From Candidatus Auribacterota bacterium (GTDB taxonomy: Bacteria; Auribacterota; JAFGBW01; JAFGJP01): 64,000 nucleotides of DNA. A program made the position numbers and the translations under genes. This document shows positions 60,285 to 64,000 of this stretch, in pieces. Location: positions 2,645-66,644 of the forward strand of contig JAGLFH010000036.1 of assembly GCA_023144635.1 (NCBI GenBank), given 5' to 3'. The notes beneath the pieces are model-generated. The model saw only the letters and a program-made list of their open reading frames with translations, searched no databases and was not told the origin of the DNA. Positions within the stretch are counted from its first letter, which is position 1. Every line of letters starts with the position of its first letter.

Positions 60285-60675
60285 TTCCCACCTCTTCGTT
60301 AAATTTTAAGACTAAATTCTTTATAATTTTCATAAAACCACACTTTTTTTTACAATTTAAAGTCCAAGCTTAAGACATGATACAGCAATATTACTAATTT
60401 GTCAAATGTGACAAGAAAATGTTTTTACAAAAACTTTAAATTACTTGATTGCAAGCTATTGCAATTTATACTATTTTTTTAACGTTGACATAATTTAATT
60501 ATGTCAAGTATTTTATAAAAAAACAATGAAAGAAAAGCAATGATTATATGAATTTCTGCTCCATTTTAAGATTCACTTATTACATAACTCTTTACACCGC
60601 TTACAGCAAATAACCTTTCCAGAAAGAAGAAGCGAAAAGCCAGGTAATAAGTCAAGATGTACTATCGTTTAAAAA

Positions 60676-60902
60676 ATCGTGGTTCATGAACGGAACACTT
60701 CCGCCTTCGCCTCAGACTACGCACAAGACTTCGTCCATACAAGAAGGATTCGGCGAGACATATCATGCAATATTAATAAATTTAACCACTGAAAAAATAC
60801 GGATATGTATGGGGAAAGTAAAAAGATCAGTGAGTCTGACCGCATGAAAAAAGTGCCTAAAGTTAAAGGAACACTTGCTTATAAAATCGTTGTTCGTCGT
60901 TC
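60676..60902 (+). repeat. Right composite direct repeat (modules H, B, A) with an inserted ccgccttcgc element
   Basis: Matches modules A and B of 56337-56537; atcgtggttcatgaacggaacactt matches ttcgtgattcgtgaaaggaacgctt. Confidence 0.8.
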
Positions 60903-60941
60903 TGCTTCTTCTGATCCTTTTAATCTGCGTTCATCTGCGTC

Positions 60942-61628
60942 CTATTTGTTTCTGTCTTCTGTTTTCTTATTTCCGTTTTCTGGCTTTTTATCATGTGAGC
61001 AAAACACGCATTCAGATTTATCTTTATCTTTTATAAATAGAAGAGGATAAGCAATATCGCTTATACAGCACGGCACCCATACAGCAATAAACAAAAACAG
61101 GAATATCATTATGTATATAAATGGATTCACTTCTTTACCAATAGCCATTATTATATGAAAAAGTGATGCCCACGTACTTATAAGAACGTGTCCTGTATGG
61201 GAAAACTTTGTAGAAGGCCTGAAATAGGCAATAGCAATTCCTGCAATTGCAAGCGGATTTATAAGCCACCATTTTTCAATAAAACCGATATGAACATGAC
61301 GGTGAGGAAGATCAAGCAGCACTTCCCCAAGATAAGGTATTAATGAATCACTAAGGGTTGCGATCCCTATTGAACCAGTATATCCGATTAAAAGCAATAT
61401 CCAGATATTACATTTTTTTCCATTCCCACCGCATTTGTGCACTTCATACATTGAAGTAGTCACAAGCGCACTTAAGACAACATGTATTGGATGTAAAACA
61501 TAAAAAATATTGCTTGCGGCTTCACGTGGAAGCTTCTGGAAAAAAAATATAATAAATATCCCGCTTATTGCCCCTAAAAAAGTAAAAGGAGCATGATGCT
61601 TAAGTTCATTAATTATTTTTTTCCACAT
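60942..61628 (-). CDS. His/Cys-rich multi-pass membrane protein
   Basis: Several TM helices; ELKHHAPFT, LHPIHV, SDSLIPY, WVPCCISDI; AGGAAGG RBS. Confidence 0.75.
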   Translation of the reverse strand: MWKKIINELKHHAPFTFLGAISGIFIIFFFQKLPREAASNIFYVLHPIHVVLSALVTTSMYEVHKCGGNGKKCNIWILLLIGYTGSIGIATLSDSLIPYLGEVLLDLPHRHVHIGFIEKWWLINPLAIAGIAIAYFRPSTKFSHTGHVLISTWASLFHIIMAIGKEVNPFIYIMIFLFLFIAVWVPCCISDIAYPLLFIKDKDKSECVFCSHDKKPENGNKKTEDRNK

Positions 61629-61970
61629 ACTTTCCCTTCCTAACTACTTACAATAAAGGCATTATCAACATATTTGCATTATATTCAATTATTGTTTTTT
61701 TTAAAGACTTAATTTCTTTTGTTTATACTTTTAAAAAACATCTTTATCCGGAAAATTAGCAATATATTTATTTTCTAAGTACTTAAAAAATAAATAATTA
61801 GTGCAAAAGAATAAGGGAAATCAATAAATTTCATTATTCTTTCTGTTTATTAGATAATGATTATTCTTAATTTATAGAACTCTTAGAGGAAGGGAATCTT
61901 GTTATTAAAAATATTTATTTTATTAAAAGAATTTTTCTATCTTTGTATTAATAATTTAAATTAAATAAAT

Positions 61971-62591
61971 TTAGGGAACTTCAATTAAATGGCTATGTTC
62001 TTCTAAAATATCTTTTTTACATTCAGGACAATATCCGTGAGTGAAACTCAAATCCATATACTTTTCAAAATATTCTTCGACTTCTTGCCAATATTCGTTA
62101 TCATTACGTATTTTCTTGCATTTAGAACAAATAGGCAAAACACTTTTCAACTCTATTAATTCACCGATATCTTCTAAAATCAACAAGGCAAACTTTTGTT
62201 TTTTATATTCAAAAGGAGATGTTGTGACTAATAAAAATATTTTTTTAATTTTATCTTTAAGGCGAAGCTCCATCTTTGTCTTTTCCCGAGTAACTCCGCT
62301 GCATTGAAAAGCTTTATTGACAGAGTTTCTTATTACGCAATCCTTACAAAATTCAGCCCTTCCACAACCTTGAAGAGATTCTGTAGAATGAATGCAATGG
62401 AGCAGATCGCCGCCGCGTCTTTTTATGATTGTCTCAGGAGGCGAAGAGAGCATGCGGGAAGCTGTTAAGTTGTACGCAAGGATCTTGACATCATCATCAA
62501 CTATAAAGACAGGTGATGGTATTGCATTGATGACGGTTTTAAATAATTCATCAAATTCTATATCATTATGTTGCAATATGTTTTCCCCCAA
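61971..62591 (-). CDS. PAS domain protein with C-terminal zinc-ribbon (LPICxxC...THGxCPxC)
   Basis: VINAIPSPVFIVD, Cys-rich PAS, LPICSKCKKIRND, FTHGYCPEC. Confidence 0.8.
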   Translation of the reverse strand: MGENILQHNDIEFDELFKTVINAIPSPVFIVDDDVKILAYNLTASRMLSSPPETIIKRRGGDLLHCIHSTESLQGCGRAEFCKDCVIRNSVNKAFQCSGVTREKTKMELRLKDKIKKIFLLVTTSPFEYKKQKFALLILEDIGELIELKSVLPICSKCKKIRNDNEYWQEVEEYFEKYMDLSFTHGYCPECKKDILEEHSHLIEVP

Positions 62592-62805
62592 TAAATTATA
62601 TTAACATAATGTAAAATTTTGTTCAAAGATTTTCATATTATTTTAAATATAAAATTTGCCAAAAGGGATGAACTGTTATATATAGCATAGAAACTGCAGA
62701 CTGAAAATAAATGTATTATTGTTTCAATAATCACAGCTATTTTTTTTATATTCATTGCAGAAAAAAGTGTATAATAAAATACAAGGGATAGAAGTTTATT
62801 TGCCA

Positions 62806-63093
62806 ATGAATCCAATCAAAACATATTTAAAAGTCAATTGCTGGGAATATAAAAAATGCGGATATGGCCCTAACGGCCATCAAAATTCCCGTACAATCTG
62901 TCCCGCAGCTTTAGTTGAAAAATATAATGGGATCAACAATGGAAATAATGCCGGCAGATACTGCTGGAAGGTGACAGGAGTACTATGCCATAAGAACGAT
63001 CTTCATTCATTGCCTGCAAAATTATCTTTTTGTCTTAATTGCGATTTTTTTAGGCTTGTCAGCAAACAGGAAGGAGATAATTTTGAAATATAA
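62806..63093 (+). CDS. Two-CW domain protein
   Basis: NCWEYKKC..CPA..G.N.G.NAGRYCW.VTGVLC..CLNCDFF. Confidence 0.8.
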   Translation: MNPIKTYLKVNCWEYKKCGYGPNGHQNSRTICPAALVEKYNGINNGNNAGRYCWKVTGVLCHKNDLHSLPAKLSFCLNCDFFRLVSKQEGDNFEI

Positions 63094-63141
63094 TAAAAGA
63101 ACTTTATTTACAATTAAAAATGTTTAAATAGGATATTTATT

Positions 63142-64000
63142 ATGAAAAAAACATTAACGGTTTATTATTTTATTATTATTTCTTTGATCATAATAACAGT
63201 AGGATGCACAAAAAAACCTGATTCTCAAAAAAAGCCAATAAAAATAGCAATAAACAGTATCTGGCCAGGCTATGCGCATGTTTTTATTGCAAAAGAAAAT
63301 GGTTTTTTTGAAAAGAATAATGTCAGTGTTGTTTTAGTTCCCACAAAAGATGACATAGAATCGCGAACACTTTACCTACATGGTGAGGTGGATGGCCTTT
63401 TTAATGTATTTACAGACATTATTCAACTTAATTTAGAAGGGATTCTAACAAAAGTTGTTTATGTAGCTAACCATTCAGATACAGCCGATGTTATTGTTGG
63501 AAAAGGAGCATTTACATCTCTCTCTGATCTTAAAGGGAAAAACGTCAGTTTTGAAGGAGAAAACACCTTTTCGCATTTATTTGTTCTGCAAGCACTGAAA
63601 AAAGCAGGTGTGGAAGAATATGACATTCGTTTTTCTAATGTACGCGCGCAGGATGTTTTAGAGGCTCTTGAAAAAGGCAAGATCGATGCCGGCCATACAT
63701 GGGAACCTATTACCTCTCAAGCACTAAAAAAAGGATACAAAATACTTGGCAAAGCAGGTGATATTCCCGGTATCATTTCAGATATTCTGGCATTTAAATC
63801 AGAACTCATACAAAACAGGCCAGAGGATATTGAAAATATTGTTAAATCTATTCTTGAGGCTAGAGATTTTATCTATACTCATAGAGATAAAGCACTGACT
63901 ATTATGGCAAAAGCCGAAAAAATGTCTAAAGAAGAAATGGATCAGGGCATTCGCGGTGTTTATCAGCCGGACCTTAAAGGAAATCTTACAGCACTAAGAA
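63142..64000 (+). CDS. ABC transporter substrate-binding lipoprotein (NMT1/SsuA-like), truncated at the window end
   Basis: MKKT..VGC lipobox; WPGYAHVFIAKENGFF, DLKGK, DAGHTWEP; frame is open to the end of the window. Confidence 0.85.
   Translation, partial: MKKTLTVYYFIIISLIIITVGCTKKPDSQKKPIKIAINSIWPGYAHVFIAKENGFFEKNNVSVVLVPTKDDIESRTLYLHGEVDGLFNVFTDIIQLNLEGILTKVVYVANHSDTADVIVGKGAFTSLSDLKGKNVSFEGENTFSHLFVLQALKKAGVEEYDIRFSNVRAQDVLEALEKGKIDAGHTWEPITSQALKKGYKILGKAGDIPGIISDILAFKSELIQNRPEDIENIVKSILEARDFIYTHRDKALTIMAKAEKMSKEEMDQGIRGVYQPDLKGNLTALR

Noticed and set aside
60805-61050. 81-aa ORF
   Set aside because: It is built from repeat modules B and A and overlaps the 3' end of a real gene on the other strand.

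Overview
This is AT-rich (roughly 30-33% GC by eye) bacterial chromosomal DNA. The gene content suggests an uncultured anaerobe, possibly PVC-related or deltaproteobacteria-like; this placement is inference only. Housekeeping blocks are tRNA-Leu/tRNA-Gly-tig-clpP-clpX-purA, ileS-dksA-lspA-lgt-rluA, a double-domain thyX, a C-terminally short pyk, a split metH, and malQ plus a GH57 gene. Accessory blocks include a type IV minor-pilin cluster ending in an Ig-rich putative tip adhesin, several signalling proteins, and a 1196-aa LGFP-repeat secreted protein bracketed by direct repeats. Many intergenic spacers are mosaics of short palindromic (GTAG- and GTCAT-type REP-like) and oligomeric repeats. 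The best candidates for undescribed biology are: (1) an intact RAYT/Y1 transposase homologue that has lost both the HUH histidine and the catalytic tyrosine; (2) a PilX-like pilin carrying two copies of a phage-structural-like domain, next to a non-canonical PilY1 substitute; (3) a cluster of sigma-28-like promoters that appear to drive structured small RNAs; (4) an MshEN-like/CheX fusion. No CRISPR array, rRNA or intact prophage was seen. All protein assignments come from motif recognition by eye, with no database searches.
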